64,000 nucleotides of DNA, from the NCBI GenBank assembly GCA_023431385.1, contig JAEYWA010000153.1, positions 7,272-71,271 on the forward strand, given 5' to 3'. Source of the stretch: Bacillota bacterium (lineage in GTDB: Bacteria; Bacillota; Clostridia; Acetivibrionales; DSM-1351). The position numbers and the translations under genes were made by a program. The notes beneath the pieces are model-generated. The model saw nothing but the letters and a program-made list of their open reading frames with translations, had not been told where the DNA came from and did no database searches. Positions 45,486 to 57,220 of the stretch are shown piece after piece. The first letter of the stretch is position 1. Every line of letters starts with the position of its first letter.

Positions 45486-47282
45486 ATGGAAAATTTGAGT
45501 TTTAAAGATCTAAATCTTTCAACTGAAGTACAGCGTGCAATTGCTGATATGGGATTTGAGGAGGCTACTCCTATTCAATCCAAGTCAATCCCACCAATTC
45601 TCAACGGAAACGATTTAATTGGCCAGGCCCAGACCGGAACAGGAAAAACCTGCGCATTTGGTATTCCCGCCATTGAAATGATCCAACCTGAAATCGAATC
45701 AATTCAGGTATTGGTATTGTGCCCAACAAGAGAATTAGCAATACAGTCCTCGGAAGAACTGAGAAATGTATTGAAATATAAAGACGGAATACGAATTCTA
45801 CCAGTTTATGGTGGCCAGCCCATAGACAGACAAATTATAGCATTAAAAAAGCGTCCTCAGATTATTATAGGAACTCCAGGCCGTATTATGGATCATATGA
45901 GACGCAGAACCCTTAAACTGGAGCAGCTTAAAATGATTGTACTTGACGAAGCAGATGAGATGCTGAACATGGGTTTCCGTGAAGATATCGATACAATCCT
46001 GGAGAAAGTACCTGTAGACAGGCAGACAATCCTTTTTTCAGCTACTATGCCTAAGGAAATACTGGATATCACTAAAAAGTATCAAAAGGACCCGATTCAT
46101 ATAAAGGTAGCACACAAGGAACTTACCGTACCGAGTATAGAACAATACTATCTTGAAGTTAAAGAGTCAGCAAAGCTGGAGGTTCTTTCCCGTCTAATAG
46201 ATACCAACGATATCAAGCTCTCACTCGTTTTTTGTAATACAAAGAAAAGGGTTGATGAGTTAACCTCAAGTCTTCAGTCCAGAGGCTATTCTGCAGAGGC
46301 TCTTCATGGAGACATGCGTCAGGAACATAGAGATAAGGTTATGTCACAGTTCAGGAAAGGCAGTTTTGATATTCTCATAGCTACAGATGTTGCCGCAAGA
46401 GGTATTGACGTTGATGATGTAGAAGCTGTTTTCAACTATGATATACCCAGTGATGAAGAATACTACGTTCACAGAATCGGCCGGACAGGCAGAGCAGGCA
46501 GAACAGGTAAAGCTTTTACCTTTATTTCAGGCCGAGAAATATACAAGCTGAGAGATATACAACGTTATACAAAATCTACTGTCACCTTTATGAAGCCCCC
46601 CAGCATTAACGATGTTGAGGAGAAAAAGATGTCTAATGTGTTGAAGTCTCTGAGGGAAAATCTGACCAAAGAGGGTTTTTCAAAGTATATCGGACACATA
46701 GAAAGATTTGTTGACTCTTTAAACTCCGAATCAGATAGTCAGGAAGATAGTTTTATTACATCTCTCGACGTGGCTGCAGCATTGTTAAAAATGTATACAG
46801 AACAAAACGGTAACTTCCCCAGTACTGTAAGTGAAATAGACGAAGAATCTGATTTCGATAGTGAAAATGATATGGTAAGACTTTTTATAAATATTGGAAG
46901 TGATAATAAAATCCAGCCAAAGCATATTATTGAAGGCCTTGTTGAATCCTCAGGACTTCCTGGCAAAATGGTTGGTTCTATCGACATTTTCGATAAATAT
47001 TCCTTTGTTGAGGTTCCAAAGGAATTTGCTTCCGAAGTTCTCAGGTCTATGAAAAACTATACCATAAAAGGCAAGCGGATAAATGTTGAGAAATCAACAC
47101 CTCGTAAGAAAAGCGGGCGAAGCGGTTTCAACCATGGGAGAAACGCAGTCACATACGGTAGTTTTACCGGTCACTCCAGTCATGGCAGCGGTCAGAGTTC
47201 AAAAAGAAGATCAGCTGTTCCTACTATCAAAGCCTCAGGCACCAAACCGTCCTCTGGTAAAGGTTACAGAAAAGACCGCTAA
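45486..47282 (+). CDS. DEAD-box ATP-dependent RNA helicase (CshA/DeaD-like) with a DbpA-type C-terminal domain and a basic tail
   Basis: Q-motif, AQTGTGKT, PTRELA, DEAD, SAT, HRIGRTGRAG. Confidence 0.9.
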   Translation: MENLSFKDLNLSTEVQRAIADMGFEEATPIQSKSIPPILNGNDLIGQAQTGTGKTCAFGIPAIEMIQPEIESIQVLVLCPTRELAIQSSEELRNVLKYKDGIRILPVYGGQPIDRQIIALKKRPQIIIGTPGRIMDHMRRRTLKLEQLKMIVLDEADEMLNMGFREDIDTILEKVPVDRQTILFSATMPKEILDITKKYQKDPIHIKVAHKELTVPSIEQYYLEVKESAKLEVLSRLIDTNDIKLSLVFCNTKKRVDELTSSLQSRGYSAEALHGDMRQEHRDKVMSQFRKGSFDILIATDVAARGIDVDDVEAVFNYDIPSDEEYYVHRIGRTGRAGRTGKAFTFISGREIYKLRDIQRYTKSTVTFMKPPSINDVEEKKMSNVLKSLRENLTKEGFSKYIGHIERFVDSLNSESDSQEDSFITSLDVAAALLKMYTEQNGNFPSTVSEIDEESDFDSENDMVRLFINIGSDNKIQPKHIIEGLVESSGLPGKMVGSIDIFDKYSFVEVPKEFASEVLRSMKNYTIKGKRINVEKSTPRKKSGRSGFNHGRNAVTYGSFTGHSSHGSGQSSKRRSAVPTIKASGTKPSSGKGYRKDR

Positions 47283-47348
47283 AAGAGATAAACAGTAATG
47301 GGTTAGAAGCTAAAATGGATAGATTCTGAAGCAATAGTATATATTATT

Positions 47349-47380
47349 AAAACCCGGAGAAAATAACTTCTCCGGGTTTT
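47349..47380. terminator. Bidirectional rho-independent terminator between the helicase (+) and MCP (-) genes
   Basis: AACCCGGAGA-aaataact-TCTCCGGGTT is a 10-bp perfect stem flanked by A and T runs. Confidence 0.65.
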
Positions 47381-47391
47381 GTTCGCCCTGT

Positions 47392-49107
47392 TTATACCTT
47401 GAATTTACCAACTACATCCTTCAATTTCTTAGCATTGAAGCTGCTAATATCCATCTGCTCCTGTACATCGTTAACCTTTTGCAGGATGTCAGTTGACTTT
47501 TCAGCTATATTCTGAGTTCCGGCCGCACCTTCATTAACAGTCTTCGAAACTTCGTTGATTGTGCTTATTATACCTTCAACCGAGGCAGTCAGCTCCTCAG
47601 CAGTGGCACTGAAGTCAGTAACAAGATTGTCTATGAAAATTGCATCGTTGCTATAATAATCTCCGGTTTCTATCATTGCTTCATAATCCTTTATTACGTT
47701 TGTATCCATAAAACCCATAATTGATCTTGAACTGCCTACCAGGTCCTCAACTGCTGAAACCACTTCCTTTGCTACCTTTTGTATTTCATTTACTGTACTC
47801 TTTGAATCCTCTGCCAGTTTTCTAATTTCATCTGCAACAACGGCAAACCCCTTTCCTGCTTCTCCAGCTCTGGCCGCTTCAATAGCAGCATTTAAAGCCA
47901 GTAAATTGGTTTGTGAAGAAATCTTCAGGATTGCCTCTGACAGAACGCTGATCTGTTCGATAGCCTTTGACCTGTCCAGTGATCCTTCAAGCCCCTGCTT
48001 TACCTCATGATAAATATCATTACCCGCTTTCTGTGAGAGTTCAGAACTTATTTTTAGGTCAGTGGCGCGTTTACTGACCTCTCTAGCTGCGACCGCACCG
48101 CGTTGCGCTTTTTCAGCCATGGCTTCAATTGCGTGCTCAATTTCTGAGGAGGACGCATTGACCTCCTCCGTTGCCGCCGCAGTCTCTTCCATCCCGGCCG
48201 AGATTTCTTCTACTGTTGCTGAAGTGTCCTCCGCAGCTTTGTTTAGATGGATTAGACTACCTGAAACAGCTGCGGCGGCTAGTTCTACATTTCTCGAGCA
48301 TTCATTAACTTCCAGCATAATCGACCTCAGATTAGCTATAAACTTATTAACACTCTTAGCGAGATCACCGATTTCATCCCTTGAGTCTATTTTAATCTCT
48401 TTTGTTAAATCTCCACCCCTATTAGCCAAATCCTCAAGTTCTTTTCCAAGCTGCTTTATCGGGCGTATTATGCCGTTTGTAACAAATATACTTATCAGTA
48501 TTCCAAATAGAATAGCTGAACCCAAGATAGCCAAGCTCGTGAAAGCTGTGGCTTTATAATTTTGATTGTTTTTAGTGTGTATATCATCAGCACCTTTGGC
48601 ATTATAATCCGCTAAAGCCTGTAGCCCATTGTAAAACTTATTTTCAGTCTCTGCGTTTTCCTCAAGATATTTGAAAGCTTCACTGCCCTTCCCCTGCTTC
48701 GCAAGCTCAATAACTTCATTTATAAGGTTATTATATTCTCCCCAGTTTTTATCTATAGCTGATATAGTGTCTAATTCAAATTGTTCAGGACTTACAGCCT
48801 TATATTTCTTCCAGTCTTCTTCTAGTTTTTCCGATCTTTTATCAATATCCTCAATATAGCGAGCCTGATCTTTTGCATTTCCGCTGTAATGGATAACATA
48901 TAGAACATCTGCTCCTCGGGCTCTACTCTGGTTTCCCATATCATTAATCCATTCTATTGGCTTTAGTCTGTCTTTATATAGTGAGGTCATCTCCCCATTG
49001 ACATGTTTTAGATAAGTGAAATTTACACCACCGATCAATGCCATAAAAACCAAAAGTGTAACTGACAGGGTTAAGATTTTTTGTATTACCTTCATTTTTT
49101 TTAGCAT
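47392..49107 (-). CDS. Transmembrane MCP (four-helix-bundle sensor, HAMP, MA)
   Basis: TM1, [15 protein letters not shown] (4HB_MCP type), TM2, a HAMP region, and [35 protein letters not shown]. Confidence 0.9.
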   Translation of the reverse strand: MLKKMKVIQKILTLSVTLLVFMALIGGVNFTYLKHVNGEMTSLYKDRLKPIEWINDMGNQSRARGADVLYVIHYSGNAKDQARYIEDIDKRSEKLEEDWKKYKAVSPEQFELDTISAIDKNWGEYNNLINEVIELAKQGKGSEAFKYLEENAETENKFYNGLQALADYNAKGADDIHTKNNQNYKATAFTSLAILGSAILFGILISIFVTNGIIRPIKQLGKELEDLANRGGDLTKEIKIDSRDEIGDLAKSVNKFIANLRSIMLEVNECSRNVELAAAAVSGSLIHLNKAAEDTSATVEEISAGMEETAAATEEVNASSSEIEHAIEAMAEKAQRGAVAAREVSKRATDLKISSELSQKAGNDIYHEVKQGLEGSLDRSKAIEQISVLSEAILKISSQTNLLALNAAIEAARAGEAGKGFAVVADEIRKLAEDSKSTVNEIQKVAKEVVSAVEDLVGSSRSIMGFMDTNVIKDYEAMIETGDYYSNDAIFIDNLVTDFSATAEELTASVEGIISTINEVSKTVNEGAAGTQNIAEKSTDILQKVNDVQEQMDISSFNAKKLKDVVGKFKV

Positions 49108-49352
49108 GAAATCATATCCTCCGTTGAATAATTATTAAAACATTCTTTGCTACAATTACAAAAATTATGTAAAGTTTGTAGTGTTTTCAAGCATATGATT
49201 TAAATTATAAGTTCTTTTCCCGTTTTCTACAAGTATATACTTTATTATGTAATATTAATGCAATCTTTCCAATTGAATAACAAATAATTATCGAAAAAAT
49301 TTAGACTTTTATGGCAGGTGTGCTCCAGCTTCGCTGGACACACGCACACAAT

Positions 49353-49400
49353 AAAAAGGGGTTGTCGCACAGTTCCTATCTCCACTGTACGACAACCCTT
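49353..49400 (-). terminator. Rho-independent terminator after the upstream MCP paralog
   Basis: Minus strand reads AAGGGTTGTCGTACAG-loop-CTGTGCGACAACCCCT followed by TTTTT. Confidence 0.75.
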
Positions 49401-49408
49401 TTATTCTC

Positions 49409-51124
49409 CTATACCTTGAATTTACCAACTACATCCTTCAATTTCTTAGCATTAAAGCTGCTGATATCCATCTGCTCCTGTACATCATTAACCTTTTGCA
49501 GGATGTCGGTTGACTTTTCAGCTATACTCTGGGTTCCTGCTGCGCCCTCATTTACAGTCTTTGAAACATCACTAATAGCGCTTATTATACCTTCAACCGC
49601 AGCAGTTAACTCCTCAGCAGTGGCACTGAAGTCAGTAACAAGATTATCTATAAAAATTGCATCGTTACTATAATGTTCTCCTGTTTCTATCATTGCCTCG
49701 TAATCCTTAATAACATTTGTATCCATAAAATTCATAATTGATCTTGAACTGCCTACCAGCTCCTCAACTGCCGAAACCACTTTCTTTGTTACCTTTTGTA
49801 TTTTATTTACTGTACTCTTTGAATCCTCGGCCAGTTTTCTAATTTCATCTGCAACAACAGCAAAACCCTTTCCTGCTTCTCCAGCTCTGGCCGCCTCAAT
49901 AGCGGCATTTAAAGCCAATAAATTGGTTTGAGAAGAAATCTTCAGTATTGCCTCTGACAGAACACTAATCTGTTCGATAGCCTTTGACCTGTCAAGAGAA
50001 ACCTCCAGCTCCTGCTTTACCTTATGATAAACATCATTCCCGGCTCTTTGTGAGAGTTCAGATCTTGTTTTCAGGTCAATGGCTCGTTTACTGACCTCTC
50101 TTGCCGCAACTGCACCACTCTGAGCTTTTTCAGCCATGGCTTCAATTGCATGCTCAATATCGGTGGAGGACGCATTAACCTCTTCAGTTGCTGCCGCAGT
50201 CTCTTCCATCCCGGCCGAAATTTCTTCGACAGTAACTGAAGTGTCCTCCACAGCCCCGTTTAAATGGATAAGACTGTCTGAAACAGTTGCGGCAGCCAAT
50301 TCCACATTTCGGGAGCATTCATTTACTTCCAGCATAATTGATCTCAGATTTGTTATAAACTTATTAACACTCTTAGCGAGATCACCGATTTCATCCCTGG
50401 TATCTATTTTTATCTCACTGGTTAAGTCCCCGCCGCTATGGGCCAAATCCTCAAGTTCTTGTCCAAGCTGCTTTATCGGGCGTATTATGCCATTTGTAAC
50501 TAATATGGTAATCAGTATTCCAAAAAGAATTGCTGCAGCCAGAATACCAGTATTCATAACACTTAGCCTTTCATACTCCTCACTGCTTTGAGTGTTTATA
50601 TCATCAGCAACTTTGGCATTATAGTCTGCTAAAGCCTGTAACCCGTTGTGAAAACTATTTTCAGCATTAACGTTTTTCACGAGATATTCAAAAGCTTCAC
50701 TGCCCTTCCCTTGTTTTGCAAGCTCAATAACTTCATTTATAAGATTACTATATTCACCCCAGCTTTTATCTACAGAAGCTATAGTATCTATTTCAAACTG
50801 ATCAAGATTTGTAGCTTTATATTGTTCCCAGTCTCGCTCGAGTTTTTCAGATCTGCTATTGATATCTGCTATATAGTAAGCCTGTAAATCTTTATTTCCA
50901 CTATACTGAATAACATATAGAACATCTGCTTCACTGGCTCTGCTCTGAGTTCTCATATCATTAAGCCATTGTACAGGCTTAAGTCTGTCTTTATATAGTG
51001 TAGTCATATTCTCATTAGCATGTTTTAAAAAAGTGAAACTGACGGTACCGATACCTGCCATAAAAATGATTAGTGTAACTGATAGGAATAAGATTTTTTG
51101 TATTACCTTCATTTTCTTAAGCAT
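49409..51124 (-). CDS. Transmembrane MCP, tandem paralog of 47392-49107
   Basis: Same architecture and same length (571 aa) from ATG 51124 ([12 protein letters not shown]), which follows GGAGA. The C-terminal ~110 aa are nearly identical to those of the neighbour. Confidence 0.9.
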   Translation of the reverse strand: MLKKMKVIQKILFLSVTLIIFMAGIGTVSFTFLKHANENMTTLYKDRLKPVQWLNDMRTQSRASEADVLYVIQYSGNKDLQAYYIADINSRSEKLERDWEQYKATNLDQFEIDTIASVDKSWGEYSNLINEVIELAKQGKGSEAFEYLVKNVNAENSFHNGLQALADYNAKVADDINTQSSEEYERLSVMNTGILAAAILFGILITILVTNGIIRPIKQLGQELEDLAHSGGDLTSEIKIDTRDEIGDLAKSVNKFITNLRSIMLEVNECSRNVELAAATVSDSLIHLNGAVEDTSVTVEEISAGMEETAAATEEVNASSTDIEHAIEAMAEKAQSGAVAAREVSKRAIDLKTRSELSQRAGNDVYHKVKQELEVSLDRSKAIEQISVLSEAILKISSQTNLLALNAAIEAARAGEAGKGFAVVADEIRKLAEDSKSTVNKIQKVTKKVVSAVEELVGSSRSIMNFMDTNVIKDYEAMIETGEHYSNDAIFIDNLVTDFSATAEELTAAVEGIISAISDVSKTVNEGAAGTQSIAEKSTDILQKVNDVQEQMDISSFNAKKLKDVVGKFKV

Positions 51125-51351
51125 ATGTATTCTCCATTCAACATAAATTTTATAAATAACTGTTAGCAATTTAGTCCAAAGTGTAACATTATGTAAACAG
51201 CTTCAAAATATTAATATTATACCACATGTTTAATCCGTAGCAAGCTATTTATGTGTCAGAACATCTTGCCATACAAAAAATAAAGTTGTATGATTTAACA
51301 AAGTCGAGGTAATTCTATTTAATGTATAAATAATTAGGAGGAGTAACCCAT

Positions 51352-51951
51352 ATGTCAAAGGATTTTTATACTGCAGTTAAAGACAGGCGCACTTATTATG
51401 GAATCAGCAAAGAATCCCCTGTTTCAGATACAAGGATTCAGGAAATTATAAACAATGCTGTTCTACACGCGCCTACTGCGTTCAACAGCCAGAGTGGCAG
51501 AGTTATGGTTTTACTTGGTGAGCAACACAATATACTGTGGGACATAACAAAAGGTGAGCTGAGAAAAATAGTGCCACCCGAAAACATAGCCTCCACTGAA
51601 AGCAAGATTGATTCTTTTAGGAATGGTTATGGAACGGTACTTTTTTTTGAGGACCAGTCTGTTGTAGAATCACTTCAGCGTCAATTTGAATCGTACAGAG
51701 ATAATTTTCCTGTTTGGTCACTAGAGGCCAGTGGTATACTGCAGTATATTGTGTGGACTTCTCTTGAAATAGAAGGTTTCGGCGCGTCACTGCAGCATTA
51801 CAACCCAATTATAGATTCTGAGGTCGCCAGAGAATGGAATGTTCCTGCAAATTGGAAGCTTTTAGCCGAAATGCCCTTTGGAAAGCCGATAGCAGACCCT
51901 GATGAAAAACAATTTCAACCGTTGGATTTTAGAGTAAAGTTCTTAAGTTAG
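51352..51951 (+). CDS. Nitroreductase-family NAD(P)H oxidoreductase
   Basis: RRTYYGIS...HAPTAFNSQSGRVMVL...SLQHYNP pattern of the nitroreductase fold. AGGAGGAG Shine-Dalgarno sequence. Confidence 0.75.
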   Translation: MSKDFYTAVKDRRTYYGISKESPVSDTRIQEIINNAVLHAPTAFNSQSGRVMVLLGEQHNILWDITKGELRKIVPPENIASTESKIDSFRNGYGTVLFFEDQSVVESLQRQFESYRDNFPVWSLEASGILQYIVWTSLEIEGFGASLQHYNPIIDSEVAREWNVPANWKLLAEMPFGKPIADPDEKQFQPLDFRVKFLS

Positions 51952-52001
51952 AGTTAAATAAGATAGAATAAGTTAATTAATTTCTGTATTTGTATTTAAA
52001 T

Positions 52002-52049
52002 GAAACGCGCCGATACGTATGTCTAGCAGCATACGTATCGGCGCGTTTC
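52002..52049. terminator. 20-bp perfect hairpin between convergent genes
   Basis: GAAACGCGCCGATACGTATG-tctagcag-CATACGTATCGGCGCGTTTC. The U-tracts are weak on both strands. Confidence 0.55.
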
Positions 52050-52099
52050 CTGGCATATAGTATCTATGCATATAGTAATCTATATCATTTTATCCTATG

Positions 52100-54319
52100 T
52101 CAATTGGGCTTTTTCTGCCTCATTCTCAGTATTATAAGAATCATTGCGAGAAAAAGTACAATCATTACAGATGTTCCTGCCAGTGCAAATAACAGAGAGG
52201 TTCTGTTCTCCATTACGCTTTCTTTCAGAGTCGGCTTCTTTTCCTTAAGTTCTTCCCTTTGAAACTGATAGGACTTTATATCGCCTTTACTGTCTATTAA
52301 AACGAAATCATTATTAAGGTTCCAGCTCAATTTTTCATTGCTTACAAGCTTTGTTACTCTACTAATTGACTTATCATCGGGTCCGGTCAAGACCAGCAAC
52401 GCCCTTCCCTCAGCATAGGGCGACTTCAGAAGCTGAAGGGTTCCGATGGAGCCTGCGTAATCAGAAGTTAATATTAGTTTTTCATTGGTTACAAATTCGG
52501 TGAAGCTGCTGTTATATTTGAAATACAGCTTATCGTTGAGCTTTGTTATAAGACTGTTTTTCGCAGGAATTCCTGCAGTAATGATATTATAATTTGCTTC
52601 AGTCTCATTAAACTCACTAGCCTTAACCACCTTTAACCGTCCATAAGCATCAGCTGAACGGGAATAAAGCGATAGCATTCTACCAACTAAAGACAGCTCA
52701 GCCAGGTCAGGATCATCTGATAATACCAGCATAACATCATTCAGGCTGCCCTCCTTTTGAAATGGTGCCGGCCTGCTGTTAAAACTCAACTTTGTACTAT
52801 TGTCTGCCGGGAGATATAATGTAGAATTCTTTGTAATATATGCCCATGGCATCTCCTCCTGTCGAGTAGTACAAAATAGCTCCGGTATTTCAAGATCAAA
52901 AGCAAATTTTATACTGCTGGAATATGTCCCCACAACATCAGCCGGCATAAAGAAAGTCAGTTCGTCATTATCAGCATTTTCAAATGCCAGTTTTTTACTT
53001 CCTACGGGAACATCCCCCCAATAAACAGTCAGCATGGATCGTTTGAAATCCAGGTTTTTACTGTACCTGAAGTTTACAGTAACCTTACTGGCTGAAGATA
53101 GCGTATAATCGGTAGGCACAGGTAAAAACAAAGTCTTTTCCTGCCTGAAAGGTCCGATGAAATCAAATCCGCCCCCGGTCATTTCCTGAAGTGTATACCT
53201 GTCGGCTTTCAAATCACTTTGCTTTTTTGAGTTAAGCTTCATTTCGGCGGTGCCCTTTTTTATTAATGTGATATTATCCGTCTCCTGGGCTATGCGTTCA
53301 CTGTCTCCAAGAAAATACCCAGCTTCGACAAGGCAGTCAGCATCCTGAGAAGTAACAATCAGCAGGGGATTACCAGATGCATCCGTTACAAATAAAATCA
53401 AAACCTGGTCTTTTAATTGATTTTTGTGAGGCTCTATGTAATTGATAACCTCATAGGGCAAATTGCTGGTCAGTCCTACCAGAATTCTGCCGGAACTTTC
53501 TATGTTCTGGGCCTCTTCCCATGAACTGATTGTGATGTTATTGCTTTCACTGGTATTCTTGCTCAACCCAGCCATAAGCATCATCGCAGTTGCCACTTCT
53601 TCGTTCTGTTTAGAGTTGGCAACAGTAACAACGGTGTCCGCCCCAGTCTTATTGTTGGTAGACATAAATGGGTAAGGATAATAATTAATTCTGTTATTAT
53701 GAGGCAGCATATTATACCCCACTTCTACTCCCGAGGTCTCAGAAAAGGTCAGCCAGTTTGCATTGCTCTCCTCGTCTATACAGCCCTTCTCATTATACAA
53801 CTTGGCATAGCCGGATATGGTAAGAGTGTTTGCACTGCTCTCCTTATCATTTTTCAGCAGTTCCATAGGGATGGTAACATATATATAATTCTTCTCACTG
53901 TTTTCATAAGTAATATTACAGGAATAAAAAGGCTGCTTATTAATTGAAAATGTAAGAGTGCAGGGTATTTTCCCCATCAACTGGCTCACTCTGTATTCAA
54001 GCTGTACGCAAACGTATTTAGTATCCCAGTACCTCGGTATGTTAAAGTACAACTCGGTTGAAGAGTATATCCCTTTCAGAATTTGGGGTGAATTCCAAGT
54101 AAAATCACCGGTCAGTTCAGCCTTTGGAAGCTGTGGTTTAGCCTTTTGGGGATTGCCTGGGTTTTCAAGCATGCTGTTTACGCTGGAAAGCAGTGCCTCC
54201 TCAGAAGTAATAGTGCTTTTATCTCCGACCGCACAAACATTCTGTAGCCAGCTTAAGGACATAGTTACAGCAAGGATAATTACAAAAGCTCTGAGAAATT
54301 TACTTTTTCTTGTTATCAT
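52100..54319 (-). CDS. BcsB/YdaN/PssD-like extracytoplasmic EPS-synthase subunit
   Basis: N-terminal signal/anchor, a ~680-aa extracytoplasmic body and a single C-terminal TM helix (LLFALAGTSVMIVLFLAMILIIL). It overlaps the 3' end of the GT2 gene by 20 nt. The call rests on architecture and synteny, not on a motif. Confidence 0.5.
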   Translation of the reverse strand: MITRKSKFLRAFVIILAVTMSLSWLQNVCAVGDKSTITSEEALLSSVNSMLENPGNPQKAKPQLPKAELTGDFTWNSPQILKGIYSSTELYFNIPRYWDTKYVCVQLEYRVSQLMGKIPCTLTFSINKQPFYSCNITYENSEKNYIYVTIPMELLKNDKESSANTLTISGYAKLYNEKGCIDEESNANWLTFSETSGVEVGYNMLPHNNRINYYPYPFMSTNNKTGADTVVTVANSKQNEEVATAMMLMAGLSKNTSESNNITISSWEEAQNIESSGRILVGLTSNLPYEVINYIEPHKNQLKDQVLILFVTDASGNPLLIVTSQDADCLVEAGYFLGDSERIAQETDNITLIKKGTAEMKLNSKKQSDLKADRYTLQEMTGGGFDFIGPFRQEKTLFLPVPTDYTLSSASKVTVNFRYSKNLDFKRSMLTVYWGDVPVGSKKLAFENADNDELTFFMPADVVGTYSSSIKFAFDLEIPELFCTTRQEEMPWAYITKNSTLYLPADNSTKLSFNSRPAPFQKEGSLNDVMLVLSDDPDLAELSLVGRMLSLYSRSADAYGRLKVVKASEFNETEANYNIITAGIPAKNSLITKLNDKLYFKYNSSFTEFVTNEKLILTSDYAGSIGTLQLLKSPYAEGRALLVLTGPDDKSISRVTKLVSNEKLSWNLNNDFVLIDSKGDIKSYQFQREELKEKKPTLKESVMENRTSLLFALAGTSVMIVLFLAMILIILRMRQKKPN

Positions 54320-55601
54320 CAGTTATCGCCCCCGATTCATTATTAGTTTCCATAGATCGTTCAGTTTTATACCACTTAACTTCCCGTTTGAAAATTGCGT
54401 CGTTGGCGCTTTGTATTATAGCATTCAGTACAACTATCACCCAAAGCTTCGAGTAGGTAAAAAGCATCAGAAGAATCAGCAGTGCCGATCGAATATTAAA
54501 TTCGTTCTTTTCAATAGCAAGAGTTATTAATACGTTCAATACAAATACCAGTATTGCCATTATCCATAATGTACTGGAAAATCCACCGAGGGTTACATGA
54601 GTAAAACCCAGTATGGAAAGTATAAATATCAAATCTGAACACACGAGGGAGGTGAGCATCAAAATATAAACCAGCCCGTAGTATAGCACGTCCAGTCTCA
54701 TGGGACCTGCAGTTCTGTCAAAGACATATTTGAAATTCTCCTTGAGTACATAAATATTACCCTTAGCCCATCTTGTTCTCTGTTTGAGCCATATACGCAG
54801 CAGCTGTGGTTCCTGTTCCCAGGTTACTGCCAGAGGCATAAGCTTGATCCTATAACCCATTCTATATATTCTAAAGCTTATTTCGGTATCTTCAGACAAG
54901 GCTTTTGTGTCCCACCCGCCGATACTCTCTATTATACTTCGGCGTACAACAAAGTTGGTTCCTGGTATGGTACATAGTTTAAAGAAAAACCATCTTCCTG
55001 CCTGGTTCATACATTGATATGCCAGTGTTTCAATATTGACAAAGCGGGTTATTAGTGAAGCGTTTCTGTTTCTGGTTCTAAACTTTCCTATTACTGCCCC
55101 CAGCTTATCATCTGCCATCAGATTTTCCACCAGTAAAGTAAGTGCATTGGGCTCGGGTGTATTATCGGCATCATAAATAGCAATTACACTTCCGGTGCTG
55201 ACCGAGAAACCGATATTAAGAGCATTTGACTTTCCTTTACCTCCAGAAACACTATCTGTATTAATTACAATAAGTTTTCTGTCAGGATTTTTCACTTGTA
55301 TGTTCTTCAGCACTTCGGCCGAGTCATCAGAAGAATTATCATTGATAACAATAATCTCATATTTATCCTTAGGATAGTCAAGATTCAGAAGTGCCTGAAC
55401 AGTTTTTCTGATTACTATGCTCTCATTGTGTGCCGGCACCATAATTGATACCATTGGATACTCCCTAAGCGGTATTCGGCCGTCTGTACGGTTCACCCTT
55501 ATGTAATAAATAAATCCGCCGATAGACAAAACAACATTAATCAGCGTAAGCCCCCAAATAGCAATTAAAGCATATAGTGATAATATATCTGCCAGTGTCA
55601 A
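54300..55601 (-). CDS. Processive family-2 glycosyltransferase (YdaM/PssC/PgaC-like EPS synthase)
   Basis: VSIMVPAHNE, VINDNSSDD, YDADN (DxD), GTNFVV, SEDTE and QRTRWAKGN (QxxRW), with flanking TM helices. Confidence 0.85.
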   Translation of the reverse strand: MTLADILSLYALIAIWGLTLINVVLSIGGFIYYIRVNRTDGRIPLREYPMVSIMVPAHNESIVIRKTVQALLNLDYPKDKYEIIVINDNSSDDSAEVLKNIQVKNPDRKLIVINTDSVSGGKGKSNALNIGFSVSTGSVIAIYDADNTPEPNALTLLVENLMADDKLGAVIGKFRTRNRNASLITRFVNIETLAYQCMNQAGRWFFFKLCTIPGTNFVVRRSIIESIGGWDTKALSEDTEISFRIYRMGYRIKLMPLAVTWEQEPQLLRIWLKQRTRWAKGNIYVLKENFKYVFDRTAGPMRLDVLYYGLVYILMLTSLVCSDLIFILSILGFTHVTLGGFSSTLWIMAILVFVLNVLITLAIEKNEFNIRSALLILLMLFTYSKLWVIVVLNAIIQSANDAIFKREVKWYKTERSMETNNESGAITDDNKKK

Positions 55602-57220
55602 TCTGCATCACCTCCATCCGAATTTCCCTCTGAAGTCCTTTTGTATAGAAATCTTCGCCGATTTTGATAACGTGCAACGAATATAAAAAAAACAAAAATT
55701 ACCGAAATAAAAGTTACAATTAATAAAAGTCTCCGGTTTTCACGGGCCATACTCTCAGCCATTTTTCCTATAATGCCTCTGTTAAAGTTGAAATCCGCCT
55801 CATAATTAAAAGGCTTGAATTCCAACGATTGTATCTTCCCGTTTACAGTAAGGATTCCGTCCTTTAGACTAACAACCCGGTCATTGGTGTAGACAGTTTG
55901 TGTAGTAAGCCATAAACTCTTCAATGATATCTCTGATTGCTGGATCTGTTTAATTTTATTTTCCAGCATATCATTATCTGTATTTATATCCAGAAACAAC
56001 GCAGTAGGATAGGCTTTAATCATATTACTGCTCAAACTCGAATTACTGAGAATCGCAGGGGCAATAAGATGATGTCCGTCTGAATAAACGGTATTGTAGC
56101 CATCAGCATCAGTCCAACTGTTTTTTTTCTCAGGATATAGAATTACGGTACTGAACCTTTTTAATACGTCCAGTCCTAGGCTTTCGTGTATCCAGTTATT
56201 TGGCGCCTCAATAGCAATAGGATATACACCGTAATTGTTATACGCAGTTATTGCTGTAGTAATTTTCTGATTTATATCTTCAAGTGAAGGTTTTTCAGTG
56301 TTTATCAGCGGTGCTTTCAGTATAATGCTTACTCCCTTTGACTGAGCATAGGCAAGTACCTCACAGAAGTGTTTCATAGCAGGGTACTCGGTATTTTGAT
56401 AAACCGGCATAACAGTAATTGAATAAGGTACACCCTTTTTATCCATCAGCTGCACTGCCTGCATGAGCTTTTCGCCGCTGAAAAACGGGTACACATTATC
56501 AAAGATGATGTATTGGGGATAGCTGTTCGGCTGGTTCTCAAAGGGCCATTTCCATATTGAAATCTGCTCTGAAAAAGCGGCCTTTAAAATATCACTTTCA
56601 TTATCAAAAACTCCCATGCAACTGAAACGTCCGTCTCTCACAAACAACGGAGAGCTTTTGCCGGTTGCTTCGATATGGCCTGCTCTGTAAGGGAACCCCT
56701 CCTGGAACATTATTGCGTTTTCAGCCTTTATCAAAGCAGTTGATGCTCCCCCACGACCAACATCATAAGATACCCTTACTGTAGTATCCTTAACCTTTAA
56801 AGAAGTATAATCCAGTTTTAACGACTTAAGTACATCATCAGTACTTCCGCCACCAACCATCATTATTTTAATATCAGCATTTTCCAATGCTTTCAAAAAG
56901 GATGAATTAATGCTATCACTTTCATGGTAAAACAGAAGGCTATCGAATTTATCCAGTATATCGCTACTATCGTTTACAGTTCTGTAGCTTGTCCCATAAC
57001 CCATATAAGTCAAAATGTCTGCCATTGCAGCAACATTCTCTTTACCTTTTGGGGATAAATCCTCATCATAAATAAACAAAATATCTTTTCCTTTTATGGT
57101 TTCGTCCACAGCAGAAACAGTTTTAGCTGGAAAAAACATTGTTATCGCCATGAAAATAAGTAAAATTAATATTAAAGGAATTTTGTTAATTCTAAACTTT
57201 CCACAGTGCTTAAACATCAT
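55598..57220 (-). CDS. YdaL-position extracytoplasmic protein with a C-terminal TM anchor, function unknown
   Basis: Signal peptide MMFKHCGKFRINKIPLILILLIFMAITMFFPAKTVSA and a C-terminal helix LLLIVTFISVIFVFFIFV. The start is trimmed to 57220; the longer ORF overlaps the upstream gene by 146 nt. Confidence 0.4.
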   Translation of the reverse strand: MMFKHCGKFRINKIPLILILLIFMAITMFFPAKTVSAVDETIKGKDILFIYDEDLSPKGKENVAAMADILTYMGYGTSYRTVNDSSDILDKFDSLLFYHESDSINSSFLKALENADIKIMMVGGGSTDDVLKSLKLDYTSLKVKDTTVRVSYDVGRGGASTALIKAENAIMFQEGFPYRAGHIEATGKSSPLFVRDGRFSCMGVFDNESDILKAAFSEQISIWKWPFENQPNSYPQYIIFDNVYPFFSGEKLMQAVQLMDKKGVPYSITVMPVYQNTEYPAMKHFCEVLAYAQSKGVSIILKAPLINTEKPSLEDINQKITTAITAYNNYGVYPIAIEAPNNWIHESLGLDVLKRFSTVILYPEKKNSWTDADGYNTVYSDGHHLIAPAILSNSSLSSNMIKAYPTALFLDINTDNDMLENKIKQIQQSEISLKSLWLTTQTVYTNDRVVSLKDGILTVNGKIQSLEFKPFNYEADFNFNRGIIGKMAESMARENRRLLLIVTFISVIFVFFIFVARYQNRRRFLYKRTSEGNSDGGDAD

